NCBI GenBank assembly: GCA_963774265.1
Contig: CAVZDU010000001.1
Location: 1,248,001 to 1,312,000, forward strand
Direction: 5' to 3'
Source of the DNA: an uncultured Chloroflexia bacterium
Lineage (GTDB): Bacteria > Chloroflexota > Anaerolineae > CG2-30-64-16
Length of the DNA: 64,000 nucleotides
A program made the translations under genes and the position numbers. Positions 52,889 through 62,796 of this stretch are shown one piece after another (within the stretch, counting starts at the first letter, position 1; every line of letters starts with the position of its first letter). Below the pieces are notes generated by a model. That model worked only from the letters and a program-made list of their open reading frames with translations, did no database searches and had not been told where the DNA came from.

Positions 52889-54898
52889 CTACCGTTTCAT
52901 CGTCGGCGCGTTATACTGCTCCTCGAGCGGCAGCGCCGGCTCCGTCACCCCGGACGGCGCACCCGCGTCGGGCCGGTACGTGGGCCGGATCGGGATCACA
53001 AACTGCCTGGACGCCGCGGCGATCGCCGCCTCGAACTCGGGGCGGAACTTCGCCAGGTTGCTCTGCAGGCCCCAGACCGCCGCGTACGAGAACGGGCAGA
53101 AGCTCTTCCCCGCGATCATGTCCGCGATGTAGAGCATCAGAGCGATGTCGTCCGTGCGGCCCTCGCCCCGCTCCACGCGCTCCAGGATGTCCTCCAGCCA
53201 GCCCGTCCCCTCCCGGCACGGCGTGCACTTGCCGCAGCTTTCCTCGCGGTAGAACGCGATCGTCCGCCGCGCCACCTCGACCAGGCTCTGGTTCTGGCCG
53301 ATCACGATCACCGCGGCCGCGCCGAGGCTCGATCCGGCTTTCGTGATGCTGTCGAAGTCCATCGGCGTGTCCAGCTGGCTCTCGTCCAGCATCTGCATTG
53401 ACAGCCCGCCGGGGATGATCGCCTTCAGGCCCCCCGCATCCTCGGTCAGCCCGCCCGCCCAGTCATAAACCAGCTCGCGTAGCGTCACCCCGTGCGGCAG
53501 CTCGTACAGCCCGGGCTTCTGGACCTGGCCGCTGATGCCGTAAATGCGGAAACCGGTGCTGCTGGGCGGGCCCCACTGCCGGTACCAGTCCGCCCCGTTC
53601 CTCAGCACGTGCGGCACATTGGCGATCGTCTCCACGTTGTTCACGATCGTCGGCTTGCCGTACAGCCCCGAGACCGCCGGGAAGGGCGGCTTGAGCCGCG
53701 GATGGCCCCGGTAGCCTTCCAGCGAGGACAGTTGCGCCGTCTCCTCGCCGCACTCGTACACGCCCGCGCCGCGGTGGACCACCACCTGTAGGGGGCGACC
53801 ACGATGCGCCGCATCGCCGTGTCGCCCCAGGCGACCGGACGACGGGGCGACACGCAGGTCGCCCCCTACGTCCCGCCCTAGGTCGCCCCCTACGTCCCGC
53901 CCTAGGGCGCCCAGGATCCCCGCCGCCTCAGCCTCCGCGATCGCGCCCTCCAGCCGCTGCGCCGCAAAATAATACTCCCCGCGCACATAGATGAACGCCC
54001 GCTCGGCCTCGATCGCATAGCATGTCAGGATGATCCCCTCCAGCAGCTGGTGCGGGTCATACTCCATAATCATGCGGTCCTTGAACGTGCCCGGCTCCGA
54101 TTCATCCGCGTTGACCACCAGGTAGCGCGGAGTGACCCCCGCGGGAAGAAAGCCCCACTTGACCCCCGCCGAAAACCCCACGCCCCCGCGCCCCCGCACA
54201 TTCGCCGCCTTCATCTCCTCGATCACCTGGCCGGGCGTCTTACCGCCGAGAACCGCCTGCGCGGTCTCATACCCGCCCCCCGCGCGATACACGGCCAGCG
54301 TGTGCGAATCCGGTTTATCCACATTGGCGAGCAGGAAATTCGTGTCCGGCCGGCCGCCGTGGCGGAACGGACCGGTCGGCCAGCGCTCCGTCGTATCGAA
54401 GCCGTGGCCCGACACAATCAGCGCCAGCGCCTCGTCGACCTTCTCCGGCGTGTCCAGCTCCTCGAAATAGCGGATCCGGCCGGTCTGCCGCTCCGTGGCC
54501 ATGAACATCGGCGCGGTTGCACACGCCCCCAGGCACTCCACATGGCCCAGCGTGAACCGGCCATCCCGCGTTGTCTGGCCGAAGCGGACCCCCACCCGCT
54601 CCTCCAGCGCCCGGGTCAGCTGCCCCGCGCCCCGCAGCATGCACGGCACATTGTCGCACACCTCAATCGTGACTTCGCCCGGCTCGCGGTGCACGTGATA
54701 CATATGGTAGAAGCTGGCGAACTCGCCCACCTCCGCCGCGTCCAGCCCGAACAGCGCGCCCACCTCCGCGAGCACCTCCGCCGGCAGCCACCCGCGCTCC
54801 ACCTGCGCCACATACAGCGCCGGCCCCAGCGCGGACCGGGGGACGGGATAACGGGCCTGCAGGGCCCGAATTTCAGCAATAGCTCTATCGGAAAGCAC
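52889..54898 (-). CDS. nuoEF: Fused NADH-quinone oxidoreductase subunits E and F
   Basis: CDNVPC...CLGAC (NuoE) in frame with GRGGVGF, NADESEPGTFKDR, CGEETA, CGKCTPCREG (NuoF). Confidence 0.9.
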   Translation of the reverse strand: MLSDRAIAEIRALQARYPVPRSALGPALYVAQVERGWLPAEVLAEVGALFGLDAAEVGEFASFYHMYHVHREPGEVTIEVCDNVPCMLRGAGQLTRALEERVGVRFGQTTRDGRFTLGHVECLGACATAPMFMATERQTGRIRYFEELDTPEKVDEALALIVSGHGFDTTERWPTGPFRHGGRPDTNFLLANVDKPDSHTLAVYRAGGGYETAQAVLGGKTPGQVIEEMKAANVRGRGGVGFSAGVKWGFLPAGVTPRYLVVNADESEPGTFKDRMIMEYDPHQLLEGIILTCYAIEAERAFIYVRGEYYFAAQRLEGAIAEAEAAGILGALGRDVGGDLGRDVGGDLRVAPSSGRLGRHGDAAHRGRPLQVVVHRGAGVYECGEETAQLSSLEGYRGHPRLKPPFPAVSGLYGKPTIVNNVETIANVPHVLRNGADWYRQWGPPSSTGFRIYGISGQVQKPGLYELPHGVTLRELVYDWAGGLTEDAGGLKAIIPGGLSMQMLDESQLDTPMDFDSITKAGSSLGAAAVIVIGQNQSLVEVARRTIAFYREESCGKCTPCREGTGWLEDILERVERGEGRTDDIALMLYIADMIAGKSFCPFSYAAVWGLQSNLAKFRPEFEAAIAAASRQFVIPIRPTYRPDAGAPSGVTEPALPLEEQYNAPTMKR

Positions 54899-54977
54899 TC
54901 AGACCTCCACCTATTACAGATTGAAGATTACAGATTGAAGATCGGGTTCGTAATCTTCAATCTTCAATCTTCAATCG

Positions 54978-56837
54978 TTAACGGTCAACATCCCCCAACA
55001 CAATATCGATCGTCCCGATATTAATAATCAGGTCCGCAATCAGCCGCCCCTGCGACATCACATTCAGCGCCTGCAGATTATGGAACGAAGGCGTCCGGTA
55101 GCGCAGGCGGTATGGCATCCCCGAGCCATCGCTGACCAGGTAGAACCCCACCTCCCCGCGCGGGCTCTCCACGCACTCGTAGATCTCCCCCTTGGGCGGC
55201 GTCATCCCCTCCGTGTTCAGCTTGAAGTGGTGAATCACCGCCTCCATGCTCGTATCCAGCTCCTGGCGCGGCGGCAGCGCCATCTTGCGGTCCGCCGTCC
55301 ACACCGGGCCCTCAGGCATGTCGGCGAGCCGCGCCAGCCCTTGCTCCACGATCCGCAGGCTCTGGCGCATCTCCTCGATCCGCACCAGGTAGCGCGCATA
55401 CGCATCCCCGTCCGTCGCCGTCGCCATTTTGAAATCAAAATCCTCGTAACCGCTGTACGGCCGCAGCTTCCGGTAATCCAGCGGCACGCCCGACGCGCGC
55501 GCCAGCGGCCCGGATAGCCCCAGCGCCAGGCACTGGTCCGCGCTCAGCTTGCCCACGCCGACCGTGCGCGCCTTCCAGACCGGGTTCTCCGTCATAAAGC
55601 GTTCGTACTCATCGAAATGGCTGGGGAAAGTGCGCAGGATATCGCCCACACGCTCGCTGAACGCGGGCGGGACATCGCGCCAGACGCCCCCGGGCCGGAT
55701 GTAGGACGTCGTCAGCCGTGCGCCGCTGACCAGCTCGAAGATATCCAGCAGCTGCTCGCGCTCGCGGAACGCGTACATCAGCATCGCGTGGCTCATCCCG
55801 GACGCGTCCATCACACTCGTCCCCAGCCACAGCAAATGCGACGCGACGCGCTGCAGCTCGGCCATCACCACCCGCAGCACCTGGCCGCGCGGGGGAATCT
55901 CCACCCCCATCAGCTTCTCCACGGCCAGCGCATACCCCAGGTTATTGCACATCGACGCGACATAGTCCGACCGGTCCGTGTAGGGCAGGAAATCCTTATA
56001 CCGGATCGTCTCCCCCTGCTTCTCGAAGCCCGAGTGCAGGTAGCCCAGGTCCGGGTACGCCGCCACCACCGTCTCCCCGTCCAGCTCCACCACCACCCGC
56101 AGCACCCCGTGCGTCGCTGGGTGGTGCGGCCCCAAGTTCAGGATCATGTGCTTGTTCCCGTCCGCCTGCTTCGGCGGGACCTGCGGCGCCGCCCGCGCCT
56201 CGATGATCTGCTGCCCGAAGCTCTCGAACTCCTCGTCCTCCCACGTCATCGAAAAAGGCACCGTTTCCCCCCCGCGCGGCACGTCCTTGCGCAGCGGATG
56301 ATTGGGCCAGTCGTGCGGCATCATAATGCGGCGCAGATCGGGATGGCCCTCGAAGCGGATGCCCATCAGGTCGTAGACCTCGCGCTCCGGCCAATCCGCA
56401 CCGGGCCACAATGACGTCAGGCTGGGGACGGAGACAGCGGATTGCAGATTGGAGATTGAAGATTGGGTGGCGGCCGTGACCTTCTCCCTCGCCAGCGCGG
56501 GGACCTTGAGGCTGATGCGCTGCGCGGTCGTGGGGGAAAAGAGCTGGTAGACCGTCGTGAAGCGGGCTGGGCCCGCGTGGCCGGGATACTCGCTCCAATC
56601 CACCGAAGTCACGTTGGACAGGTGGCGGTAAGCCAGCTGGGCATCATCCCGCAGCAGGCGCGCGACGCCGACCAGGTCCTCCGGCCGGATGGTCAGGGTC
56701 GTTTCACCTCGATGCGTGGCGGCGCCCAGGATAGCGGCGGGGAAGCGGCCGCGGATCTTATCGACGGCCGCCAGCGCCGCGGCTCCATCCGGGATTGCGC
56801 CATCCGGGATGGCAGCGACATCGGGGGTGGGAGTCAT
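54978..56837 (-). CDS. nuoCD: Fused NADH-quinone oxidoreductase subunits C and D
   Basis: [25 protein letters not shown], then [32 protein letters not shown]. Confidence 0.94.
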   Translation of the reverse strand: MTPTPDVAAIPDGAIPDGAAALAAVDKIRGRFPAAILGAATHRGETTLTIRPEDLVGVARLLRDDAQLAYRHLSNVTSVDWSEYPGHAGPARFTTVYQLFSPTTAQRISLKVPALAREKVTAATQSSISNLQSAVSVPSLTSLWPGADWPEREVYDLMGIRFEGHPDLRRIMMPHDWPNHPLRKDVPRGGETVPFSMTWEDEEFESFGQQIIEARAAPQVPPKQADGNKHMILNLGPHHPATHGVLRVVVELDGETVVAAYPDLGYLHSGFEKQGETIRYKDFLPYTDRSDYVASMCNNLGYALAVEKLMGVEIPPRGQVLRVVMAELQRVASHLLWLGTSVMDASGMSHAMLMYAFREREQLLDIFELVSGARLTTSYIRPGGVWRDVPPAFSERVGDILRTFPSHFDEYERFMTENPVWKARTVGVGKLSADQCLALGLSGPLARASGVPLDYRKLRPYSGYEDFDFKMATATDGDAYARYLVRIEEMRQSLRIVEQGLARLADMPEGPVWTADRKMALPPRQELDTSMEAVIHHFKLNTEGMTPPKGEIYECVESPRGEVGFYLVSDGSGMPYRLRYRTPSFHNLQALNVMSQGRLIADLIINIGTIDIVLGDVDR

Positions 56838-57361
56838 GCGGAACCTCCGGCCTTGTTGACCGAATCTTCAATCTCGTCGTACCGTCGATCCCGGAACTTC
56901 TCCGTCGCGATCTTCTGCTGCAGCAGCGTGAGCGCGTAGAAAAGCGCCTCGGGCCGCGGCGGGCAGCCCGGCACATATACGTCTACCGGCAGGATCTTAT
57001 CGACGCCCTGGATAATCGCGTAATTGTTGAAGGGCCCGCCCGCGCTCGCGCAGATCCCCATCGCGATCACCCACTTCGGCTCGAGCATCTGGTCGTAGAT
57101 GCGCTTGATCACCGGCGCCATCTTCTGGCTGACCCGGCCGGACACGATCAGCAGGTCCGCCTGGCGCGGCGACGCGCGGAAGACCTCCGAGCCGAAGCGC
57201 GCGATATCGAAGCGGCTGCCGCCCGCCGCAATCTGCTCGATCGCGCAGCAGGCCAGGCCGAACGTGAGCGGGTAGATCGAGTATTTGCGCCCCCAGTTGA
57301 CCGCTTTCTCCAGCGTCGTCGTGACCAAGCCCTCAGCGGGCAGTTTTTCTTCGAGACCCAT
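56834..57361 (-). CDS. nuoB: NADH-quinone oxidoreductase subunit B
   Basis: [30 protein letters not shown]. Confidence 0.96.
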   Translation of the reverse strand: MGLEEKLPAEGLVTTTLEKAVNWGRKYSIYPLTFGLACCAIEQIAAGGSRFDIARFGSEVFRASPRQADLLIVSGRVSQKMAPVIKRIYDQMLEPKWVIAMGICASAGGPFNNYAIIQGVDKILPVDVYVPGCPPRPEALFYALTLLQQKIATEKFRDRRYDEIEDSVNKAGGSA

Positions 57362-57451
57362 GCGTATCTCCATTACCGATTGAAAACTACAGATTGAAGA
57401 TTGCAGATTGCGGCGGAATCTTCAATCCTTATTCTTCAATCTTCAATCGCC

Positions 57452-57808
57452 TCATTGCCATTTGAAGGCGTCGTTTTTCCATGCGTAGATGAAGCCGACG
57501 AGCAGGATGACGACGAAGATGGCTATTTCGATGAGGCCGAAGAGGCCCAGTTTGCGTGCGGCGACGGCCCAGGGATACATCAGGATGACCTCGACATCGA
57601 AGAGGATGAAGAGGACTGCGATGACGTAGAACTGGACAGGGAAGCGGCGCCTGGCGTCACCGAAGGGAAGGATGCCGGACTCGTAGGGTTCGCGCTTGGC
57701 GGGGTTGTGGCGTTTGGGGCCGAGGAGGGCGGATACGCCCAGCGCGAACGCCGCGAACCCGAAAGCCACGACGACCATCACAAGAATAGGAAGATAGCCT
57801 TCTGGCAT
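57452..57808 (-). CDS. nuoA: NADH-quinone oxidoreductase subunit A
   Basis: K.EPYESG, FYVIAVLFILFDVE..YPWA. Confidence 0.93.
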   Translation of the reverse strand: MPEGYLPILVMVVVAFGFAAFALGVSALLGPKRHNPAKREPYESGILPFGDARRRFPVQFYVIAVLFILFDVEVILMYPWAVAARKLGLFGLIEIAIFVVILLVGFIYAWKNDAFKWQ

Positions 57809-57897
57809 GTCTTGCTCCGAAAAAGCCTCATGAATGTGAGGTGGATGAAGATCCAGGCTGGCAGCGCATGGCGTAGCCCACCCTCGCGCGCTGGCGA

Positions 57898-58020
57898 AGT
57901 CTATCACGAATGATTTGGGCTTGTCAAAACATAATCTTTCTGGCCGATCCTTTCTGTAACGATAGTCACAAATATTTTCACGCTGCACGCTTTGCGTTCT
58001 AATTACGATCATGCTACAAT
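57898..58020. promoter_or_regulatory. Back-to-back divergent promoters for the two nuo operons
   Basis: Minus strand TTGACA (57922-57927)-18-TAGACT (57898-57903); plus strand TTGCGT (57992-57997)-17-TACAAT (58015-58020); both have an extended TG. Confidence 0.65.
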
Positions 58021-58133
58021 GCGCACGTTCTGTGCCGGGTGTCTCAGTTCCTCTCTCCGGCGTAGCCACATAGGAACGGCCTTCACCGCAAGCGCTCGGC
58101 TTTTGGCGCGCGCTGCCCAAAGGAGGGTTGACC

Positions 58134-58490
58134 GTGCTCTCGCAGTACGCATTTATCGGTGTCTTTGCCATTATCACTTTCGGGCTGCCTGTCATTGGCT
58201 TGGTCATGGCGTGGCTGCTCCGTCCCAAGAAACCCAACCCAGCCAAGAACGCTACCTATGAATGCGGCATGGAGACCATCGGTGACACCTGGGTTCAGTT
58301 CAAGGCACAGTACTACTTGTATGCCCTGGTGTTCGTGGTTTTCGATGTTGAAGCCATCTTCGTTTTTCCCTGGGCTGTGGCTTACGACAAGCTGGGTCTC
58401 TATGCCCTGGTCGAGATGGTGCTCTTCGTGCTAATCTTGCTGGGCGGCCTGCTTTACGCCTGGCAGAAGAAAGCGTTGGAGTGGCATTGA
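58134..58490 (+). CDS. nuoA: NADH-quinone oxidoreductase subunit A, second copy
   Basis: KNATYECG, QYYLYALVFVVFDVE.IF.FPWA; GTG 58134 or TTG 58128 after an AGGAGG RBS. Confidence 0.93.
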   Translation: MLSQYAFIGVFAIITFGLPVIGLVMAWLLRPKKPNPAKNATYECGMETIGDTWVQFKAQYYLYALVFVVFDVEAIFVFPWAVAYDKLGLYALVEMVLFVLILLGGLLYAWQKKALEWH

Positions 58491-58491
58491 T

Positions 58492-59670
58492 ATGGACTAC
58501 GTGCTTGATTTCTTCGTCAACCTGGGCCGCTCCTGGACAAATTGGCTGAGTGGTTTCCTGCCTGAGTGGGGCGTCACCACAATCAATTACATTGTGATCG
58601 GCATCATTCTCGTTTTGATGCCGGTGATCGCCACCCTAACGCTGACCTGGATGGAGCGTAAAGTCATCGGCCGCATTCAAAATCGCCTTGGGCCGAACCG
58701 GGTGGGCCCCTGGGGTCTCTTCCAAGCCATCGCGGACGCGGTGAAGATGCTGATTAAGGAAGATATTATTCCCGATGGCGCGGACCGGCCGGTGTTCAAC
58801 CTCGCTCCGATCCTGATCGCCGGCGCGGCGGGCCTGGTGTGGGCGGTCGTACCTTTCGGTAGGGGGATGATCGGCACCGACCTCAACGTAGGTGTTCTGT
58901 ACCTGGTTGCGGTCGGCTCGATCACCACCGTCTCGGTCATCATGGCCGGGTGGGGTTCGAACAATAAGTTCGCGCTGATCGGTGCATTTCGCGGCATGGC
59001 ACAGCTCCTCAGCTACGAAGTCCCGATGATCCTGTCCATCGCCACGGTCGTGCTACTCGCCGGTTCAATGAGCACGATGCGCATCGTTGAGGCGCAACAG
59101 ATCCCCTTCATTCTCGTTCTGCCGGTGGCTTTCATTGGTTACTTCCTGGCCGCGGCCGCTGAAGTGGGCCGGGCGCCGTTCGACCTGCTCGAAGCCGACT
59201 CCGAGATCGTCGCCGGTTATTTTATTGAGTACAGTGGTTTGAAGTTCGGTTGGTTCTATATTGCCGAGTATGGCAACCTGTTTGCAGTTTCGGCGATCAC
59301 AGCCACGTTGTTCCTCGGCGGCTGGCGCGGGCCGTTCTCCCATGAGGCGCCGGTGCTGGGGCCGCTCTATTTCATCATCAAGACGCTGCTCGTGGTGTTT
59401 CTCATGATGTGGATCCGAGGCACGTGGCCTCGTTTTCGCATCGATCAGATGCTGGGCTTTGCCTGGAAGGTGCTGGTTCCTGCGTCGTTGGCGAACCTTT
59501 TGTGGGTGGCTATCGTGCTCAAAATCGCTGTTCCGACGATCGTGCAGTGGGCGCTGATGCTTGGCGGCAATCTGCTGATATTGGTGGTCGCCGCAACCAT
59601 GCTCGGGCGTGCAGCAAAGCGCTATGCCGAGCGACGTAATCATGCACCGCTTTCGTCGGGAGTCGTTTGA
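58492..59670 (+). CDS. nuoH: NADH-quinone oxidoreductase subunit H, second copy
   Basis: ERKVIGRIQNRLGPNRVG, SNNKFALIGAFR, RAPFDLLEADSEIVAG, PRFRIDQ. Confidence 0.95.
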   Translation: MDYVLDFFVNLGRSWTNWLSGFLPEWGVTTINYIVIGIILVLMPVIATLTLTWMERKVIGRIQNRLGPNRVGPWGLFQAIADAVKMLIKEDIIPDGADRPVFNLAPILIAGAAGLVWAVVPFGRGMIGTDLNVGVLYLVAVGSITTVSVIMAGWGSNNKFALIGAFRGMAQLLSYEVPMILSIATVVLLAGSMSTMRIVEAQQIPFILVLPVAFIGYFLAAAAEVGRAPFDLLEADSEIVAGYFIEYSGLKFGWFYIAEYGNLFAVSAITATLFLGGWRGPFSHEAPVLGPLYFIIKTLLVVFLMMWIRGTWPRFRIDQMLGFAWKVLVPASLANLLWVAIVLKIAVPTIVQWALMLGGNLLILVVAATMLGRAAKRYAERRNHAPLSSGVV

Positions 59671-59703
59671 TCCGCCATTGCTTTGTTTGATGGGGATGCA
59701 ATC

Positions 59704-60196
59704 ATGCAACAAGTGATGTTCATCGTTCTCAGCGCGGTCACCTTGATCTCTGGGGCGCTGGTCGTGACCACGCGGAGCCTGTTCAGGTCGGCGCTGTGGT
59801 TAGTGCTGAGCTTTTTTGGCATCGCAGGGTTGTTTGTCCTGCTAAATGCTGAGTTCCTCGCCGTTGCCCAGATCCCTCATCTATGTCGGCGCCATCTCAA
59901 CCCTGATCATTTTTGCGATCATGCTGAGCCGCGGGGTCATGGATCCTGAGACTCGGCGTTTCAACGATCAGTGGGGTTTGGTGGCGGGCTTCGGCGCGGT
60001 CCTTTTCGTGTTGCTGGCGGCCATTCTGACCCGAGTGCAATGGCCCATCGCCGCCGGTGAGGTTCCCGCTGATGCAATACAGCGTCTAGGCGCCGACTTT
60101 GTCGGCCCGTACGTTATTCCCTTCGAAGTTGCCTCTGTTTTGCTGGTCGTCGCCATGATCGGCGCCATCATTATCGCACGTGAGCGGGAGAACTAG
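59704..60196 (+). CDS. nuoJ: NADH-quinone oxidoreductase subunit J, second copy; frameshift near 59875
   Basis: LNAEFLAVAQI..YVGAI, YVIPFEVASVLL. Confidence 0.88.
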
Positions 60197-60197
60197 C

Positions 60198-60506
60198 ATG
60201 GTTCCTCTCACCTGGTATTTGATCGTTTCGGCTGCGCTGTTTTGCATCGGCGCATTCGGTGCGCTGGCCAGGCGCAATGCGGTCGGCGTCCTCATGGGCG
60301 TCGAGCTGATGCTTAACGCAGTCAACATCAATCTCATTGCTTTCTGGCGTTACATCAGCGTGGGGCAGATGACCGGGCAGTTGTTCGCCATCTTCGTCAT
60401 CACCGTGGCTGCTGCTGAAGCAGCAGTGGGCCTGGCATTGATCATCGCGATCTACCGTCAGCGCAGTACGGTGAATGTCGAAGAAATCGACACGATGAAG
60501 GGATAG
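60198..60506 (+). CDS. nuoK: NADH-quinone oxidoreductase subunit K, second copy
   Basis: RRNAVGVLMGVELMLNAVN, AAAEAAVGLA. Confidence 0.95.
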   Translation: MVPLTWYLIVSAALFCIGAFGALARRNAVGVLMGVELMLNAVNINLIAFWRYISVGQMTGQLFAIFVITVAAAEAAVGLALIIAIYRQRSTVNVEEIDTMKG

Positions 60507-60510
60507 CGCG

Positions 60511-62749
60511 ATGAGCGAACCTGCTGTCACACTGCCGGCTGTCTTCAACCTGACGCTGATCATCCCGTTCCTGCCGTTCGCTGCGTTTGTGCTCATCGTC
60601 TTGTGGGCTAACCGCAGCAAGAAGTTGAGCGCGGGATTGGCCATTGGCGGTATCGCGCTTGCCTGGATCGTCAGTTGGGCCATTACCTTTACAACATTCG
60701 GTATCGAGCACTTCGGCGAGAACCCCTTCCGCGTGTTCCGCGACTGGCTGCCCACCGGCCGCACCTGGCAGGCGTTCGGCTTCGCCGTCGATCCGCTTGC
60801 AGGCGCCATGCTCTTCATGGTGCCGTTTGTGTGTTTTCTGATTTTTGTCTACGCGGTTGGCTACATGGGTGTTGGCAAACCGGAGAGCGAGCACGATGAG
60901 CGCGGCAAGCCTGCTGAGCCGGGTCATGTCGATCGCCTCGCTAGCCGCTTCTTCGCATATATCGCCCTATTCGCCACGGGCATGCTGGGCTTCGTGCTGG
61001 CAGACAACCTGATCCTGGCCCTGATCTTTTGGGAGGTCATGGGCCTCTGCTCCTACCTGCTCATCGGCTTTTGGTCTGCACGGAAGTATCCGAATCCCAA
61101 GCAAATCACACCCAAGGAGGCCGGCCTCAAGGCATTCCTGACTACTCGCATCGGCGACACGGTGATGTTGGCGGGTATGTGGTTGCTTTATGCACGCACC
61201 GGCTCGCTCAGCTTTGCGGATATCTTCAAACCTGAGGTGCTGGAGAGCCTGGCCACCTCCACAGTCAACCTCCCCATTGCCGGCGCCACGCCATGGGCTA
61301 CCTTGATTGCGATCCTGATTTTCTTCGGCGCCATTGGCAAGAGCGCACAGTTCCCCTTGCACGTCTGGTTGCCCGACGCTATGGAAGGCCCCACGCCCGT
61401 CTCAGCGTTGATCCACGCGGCGACGATGGTTTCTGCAGGCGTCTACCTGGTCATCCGCACCTTCCCGTTGATGCAGGCGGTCGACCACGGCGCGGCCTTG
61501 CGCTTCATTTCGTTCATTGGCGCGTTCACTGCCTTGTTTGCGGCGACGATCGCCCTGTCCCAGAACGATATCAAGAAGGTGCTGGCATATTCGACCATTT
61601 CCCAACTCGGCTACATGTTTGCTGCGCTGGGCATGGGCGCGTACGTCGCGGCAACCTTCCATCTGATGACTCACGCCTTCTTTAAGGCGCTTCTGTTCCT
61701 CGGCTCGGGCAGCGTGATCCACGGCATGGAGCACGGCCACCACGAGGCTGAACACGCAAGTGCCGGGCACCAAGAAGCCCACGCGGGTGCGGAGCACAAC
61801 TTCGACCCTCAGGATATGCGCAACATGGGCGGTCTCTTCCGCCGTATGCCGCGCACTGCGTGGACTTTCATTATTGGCGGACTGGCGCTGAGCGGTTTCC
61901 CCCTGGTCACAGCCGGATTTTGGAGCAAGGATGAGATCCTGGCCGACGCCTGGGCGCATGACCACACCATCATCTTCTTCGTGCTTGCCCTGGCCGCGCT
62001 CTTGACCGCCTTTTACACCGCACGGCAGATCATGATGACTTTCTTCGGCAAGCCGCGCACCGCAGGCAGCCGATCACGCTTCGGAGCACGACAGCATCTT
62101 CGCCTGGATGACAATCCCGTTGATGGTGCTGGCGGTCTTCGCGGTGGCCGGCGGCTGGATCGGCATTCCCACTTCCTTCCCGGGATTGGGCGCACTCTCC
62201 ACGAACCCGTTCCATCACTACATCGGTGGATTGGCTGAGGCGCTACACATCGAGGCGGGAGAGATCGCCTTCAATCCTGTGCCGCTGCTGACTTCGTTGG
62301 TGGTGGCATTGGGCGGTCTGTTCTTGGGCTGGGCGGTCTACCGGGGCTACGCGGCACGGGGCCAGAGCGAGGCGCTCGATCCGTTGGCGCGGCCGTTGGG
62401 AGGACTGTACAGGGTGCTTCAGAATAAGTACTACTTTGACGAGTTGTACTACAAGGTCTTCGTCAAGGGCAGCCAGCGGCTGGCCAACTGGCTCTTCAAG
62501 TTCGATGATTTGTGGGTTATCGATCCGATCGTCGATGGTGTGGGCAGGCTCGGCCGGGGACTGTCCGAAATCGGCCACTGGGCCGATGTCAACATTGTTG
62601 ATCGCATCGTGAATGGCGCCGGTGAAGTTGCCGACGCGCTGGGGACGGCGCTCCGCAGCCTGCAGACCGGCAAAGCCCAGAATTATCTGTTTACAGTTCT
62701 GTTTATGTTGTCTGTTGCGTTGGGCGTGTTCTTGTTGCTGCCCAAGTAA
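60511..62749 (+). CDS. nuoL: NADH-quinone oxidoreductase subunit L, second copy, with extended amphipathic helix; frameshift near 62060-62100
   Basis: GKSAQFPLHVWLPDAMEGPTPVSALIHAATMV; KYY to LQTG spans 82 codons versus 56 in the first nuoL. Confidence 0.93.
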
Positions 62750-62796
62750 TCTATAGGCATTTGTCCTGTGCAACCGGTCCATCGGAGGGGTCTTTG

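Larger units (their letters stand above)
43769..57448. repeat. Dispersed heptamer tandem arrays (TTGAAGA/TCTTCAA and variants) within the minus-strand nuo operon
   Basis: Arrays at ~43769-43792, 45582-45620, 46087-46115, 50250-50280, 50390-50470, 52809-52882, 54912-54976, 56440-56465, 57378-57448. Confidence 0.9.

Noticed and set aside
57960-57985. Possible Rex operator between the divergent nuo promoters (gtcacaaatattttcacg)
   Set aside because: Only a half-site resembles TTGTGAA-n4-TTCACAA; too degenerate to call.
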